Shown here one piece after another: positions 61,931 through 64,000 of a stretch of 64,000 bases of DNA; the stretch's first letter is position 1; every line of letters starts with the position of its first letter. Below the pieces are notes generated by a model. That model ran no database searches. It saw only the letters and a program-made list of their open reading frames with translations, and was not told where the DNA came from. Source of the DNA: Gemmatimonadota bacterium (GTDB taxonomy: Bacteria; Gemmatimonadota; Gemmatimonadetes; Gemmatimonadales; GWC2-71-9); the NCBI GenBank assembly GCA_016874005.1, contig VGVQ01000003.1, positions 35,019-99,018 of the forward strand, read 5' to 3'. The position numbers were made by a program, and so were the translations under genes.

Positions 61931-63210
61931 CGCGGCGATCGCTTGGTTGCCTCGCCCTGGTCAGTGCCCTCGTGGCCACCGGTGCGGCCGGACAGGATAC
62001 CGTGCGGGTTCGGGGCGTTTATGATCCCGCGGTGCGCCCCGGGCTCGTTCTACTGCCGGCGCCCGGGCTCGATTCGGTCCGCGCGATCATCGGCCGGGAC
62101 CTCGACTACGCCGATCGGTTCGAGGTCATTTCGCTCCCGGATGGGGGGGAGTCCGTCGCTGGTGGCGGGGCGATCAACTATCAGCTGTACCGGAGTCTGC
62201 GGGCGAACCTTGCGATCGAGTTCGGCGCTTCTGGTGGAAATGTTACAGTCCGACTACACGATCTCGATACCGAGGTGATGCGGCACGAGCTGTCGGTGCC
62301 ATCCGACCCATCCGGCGTCGGCGAGTCGCGAATGGCGTTGCACCGGATGGCGGACCAGATCGTGGAATGGGCGACCGGGCAGAAAGGGATGGCTGCCTCC
62401 CGGATCCTCTTTCTCAACAACGGCGACAAGCGGATCTACCGCGTCGATAGCGATGGCCACGGGTTGGTGGCGATCAGCCCCGCCAACGTGCTGGCAATGT
62501 CGCCGGCCTGGTCGCCGGACGGCGGTCGGATCGCCTACGTCCAGCTGGGCCACGATGGTGCCGTCATCCTGCAGTCGGTCGGCACCGGCACTCGAATCGT
62601 GGTGCCCACCACTGGCAGCGGGGGGCAGACCATCACCCCGACCTTCAGTCCGGAGGGTCGGCGGCTGGTCTTCTCCCGCCTAACAGAGGTCTCCTCGAAC
62701 CTCTTTTCGGTCAACGTGGCCGACTTGTGTTGCCCCGAACGACTGACCGCTACGCGGTTTGCAGAAAACCTCTCACCTGTCTATTCTCCCGACGGAAGGC
62801 GGATCGCGTTCGTGTCCAATCGGGGCGGGGGAGCGCAGATCTATACGATGGCCGCGGATGGTACCGACCAGGAGCGGTTGATCTCGTTCGACGAGGGTGG
62901 CGGCCAGTCGTTCGCGCCCGACTGGTCACCGGATGGCACCAAGATCGTGTTTCACCGGGAGTACGGTGGCGCCCCGCAGATCGTCGTGTTCGACTTGGTC
63001 AACCGGCGCGCGCAGCAACGGACCAGCCAAGGTCGCAACGAGGATGCCAGCTTCGCTCCGGATGGACGCCACATCGTGTTCGTTTCGGACCGAACCGGCC
63101 GCGGCCAGCTCTGGGTGCTCGACCTGGAGACCGGCCGGGTTCGCCAAATCATGACACCGGGTTCGGCCAGGCTGCCGGCCTGGTCCCGGTCGCTTGGCCG
63201 GGGACGCTGA
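61927..63210 (+). CDS. tolB: Tol-Pal system beta-propeller protein TolB
   Basis: Track ORF 61693..63210 trimmed to the ATG at 61927. Signal peptide. Repeated WSPDG-type blades (SPAWSPDGGRIAY, FSPEGRRLVF, YSPDGRRIAFVSNRGG, WSPDGTKIVF, FAPDGRHIVFVSDRTG). Confidence 0.88.
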   Translation: MTRRSLGCLALVSALVATGAAGQDTVRVRGVYDPAVRPGLVLLPAPGLDSVRAIIGRDLDYADRFEVISLPDGGESVAGGGAINYQLYRSLRANLAIEFGASGGNVTVRLHDLDTEVMRHELSVPSDPSGVGESRMALHRMADQIVEWATGQKGMAASRILFLNNGDKRIYRVDSDGHGLVAISPANVLAMSPAWSPDGGRIAYVQLGHDGAVILQSVGTGTRIVVPTTGSGGQTITPTFSPEGRRLVFSRLTEVSSNLFSVNVADLCCPERLTATRFAENLSPVYSPDGRRIAFVSNRGGGAQIYTMAADGTDQERLISFDEGGGQSFAPDWSPDGTKIVFHREYGGAPQIVVFDLVNRRAQQRTSQGRNEDASFAPDGRHIVFVSDRTGRGQLWVLDLETGRVRQIMTPGSARLPAWSRSLGRGR

Positions 63211-63241
63211 CGAGACACTCAACTTCCACGGGGGTACGAGA

Positions 63242-63808
63242 ATGGTCTTCTCGATGCGGTTCGTCTCGCTGGTTCTTGCGGTTGCCGTGGCCGGGTGCGG
63301 CAAGAAAGCGCCCGAGGCGAATCCTCAGCCGGACAGCGGGCAGCCGGCCAATTCTGGAACGGGTGGTACCACCACCCCGGGCGGTACCGGGACCCCGACG
63401 ACCTCGACCGGTCCCAACGTCGCCGCGATCACGGCCGAGGTCACCGCGGCCATGCAGACTCCGATCTACTTCGACTTGGACCAAGACGTCATCCGGTCCG
63501 ACGCCCAGGCCACCTTGGACCAGAAGGCCGCCATCATGCAGGCCAACCCGGCGCTCCGGATCAGGATCGCCGGTCACGCGGACGAACGGGGATCTGACGA
63601 GTACAACATCGTGCTCGGCAACAAGCGGGCGACTTCGGCCAAACGGTATCTCGAGGCCAAGGGAATCGACCCGTCCCGGATCGAGACCATCTCGTATGGC
63701 GAAGAGCGGCCGGTCGACTCTGCCTCGGACGAGAACGCCTGGTCCAAGAACCGGCGGGACGAGTTCCAGGTCACCGCGGGCGGCGACCGCCTGGTGAAGC
63801 CGCAGTGA
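63242..63808 (+). CDS. pal: peptidoglycan-associated lipoprotein Pal (OmpA-family C-terminal domain)
   Basis: Track ORF 63194..63808 trimmed to the ATG at 63242. LAVAVAGCG lipobox. IRIAGHADERGSDEYNIVLGNKRATSAKRYL is the OmpA_C signature. Confidence 0.9.
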   Translation: MVFSMRFVSLVLAVAVAGCGKKAPEANPQPDSGQPANSGTGGTTTPGGTGTPTTSTGPNVAAITAEVTAAMQTPIYFDLDQDVIRSDAQATLDQKAAIMQANPALRIRIAGHADERGSDEYNIVLGNKRATSAKRYLEAKGIDPSRIETISYGEERPVDSASDENAWSKNRRDEFQVTAGGDRLVKPQ

Positions 63809-64000
63809 GGGCCCGGTACGCGCTGACCGTGCTGCCGTTGGTGGCCGGGTGTGCCACCAAGGGGATGGTTCGGCGCGTCGAGACTCAAGTGCTCGTGCTC
63901 CGCGCCGAGACCGCCCGGCAAGACTCGGCGCGGTCGGCTGAACTGACCCGGATCATCCGGTTTCAGCAGCAGACCCTCGATTCGCTCAATCAATCCCGGG
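63805..64000 (+). CDS. partial lipoprotein in the CpoB/YbgF position (5' fragment, runs off the window)
   Basis: Not in the track. GTG at 63805 (GTGA overlap with the pal stop), open to the window end. My hand translation is MRARYALTVLPLVAGCATKGMVRRVETQVLVLRAETARQDSARSAELTRIIRFQQQTLDSLNQSR: a lipobox followed by a coiled-coil-like segment, as at the CpoB N-terminus. Confidence 0.4.
   Translation, partial: MRARYALTVLPLVAGCATKGMVRRVETQVLVLRAETARQDSARSAELTRIIRFQQQTLDSLNQSR

Noticed and set aside
63574-63993. 139-aa minus-strand ORF at the window end
   Set aside because: It is antisense to pal and to the lipoprotein ORF that starts at 63805. It has Gly/Pro/Arg-rich composition, while the plus-strand frames have a lipobox and the OmpA_C signature.

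Overview
This is a GC-rich chromosomal core segment from a diderm bacterium (by eye about two-thirds G+C, not computed). Tol-Pal, BamD and CarboxypepD_reg-type secreted proteins make me suspect Gemmatimonadota, but that is inference only. I can support about 70 protein genes, one tRNA-Leu(CAG), three hairpin terminators and a few promoter-like boxes. From about 24.5 kb to the end, every gene except rpmB is on the + strand.

Content, left to right:
- a peptidoglycan-recycling trio (AmiE-like serine hydrolase, GH3 NagZ, DUF1343/NamZ-like)
- a nine-gene, almost gap-free array: CDP-alcohol phosphatidyltransferase, myo-inositol-1-phosphate synthase, a 2-oxoacid dehydrogenase E1alpha/E1beta/E2, a PHP phosphoesterase and three unknown proteins
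- a redox group (thioredoxin-fold protein, trxB, MBL hydrolase), then a cupin, aspA, and a secreted esterase coupled to an MFS transporter
- an Rrf2 regulator with a MoeB-rhodanese fusion, tRNA-Leu, smpB, a cell-wall amidase, pyrD and pyrF
- the rpmJ-rpsM-rpsK-rpsD-rpoA-rplQ block and rpmB
- a nucleotide-sugar block (gmd, rmd, WbpD/E/B/A-like, ugd, uxs, epimerase) interrupted by carB and murB
- TPR proteins, bamD, nadD, secA, radC, rel, an EVE-domain gene, uvrB, tsaE-tsaB-rimI, ssb and a LysM protein
- a Tol-Pal cluster running off the window end

I saw no CRISPR array, transposase, integrase, phage gene or recognisable defence gene, and I cannot honestly point to a clear new system. The best follow-up targets are the inositol-lipid/2-oxoacid-dehydrogenase array with its unknown genes, especially the Rossmann plus Cys-motif protein at 13200-13949, and the sugar-nucleotide block that has no glycosyltransferase or exporter. 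The many long antisense and out-of-frame ORFs in the track look like high-GC artefacts.
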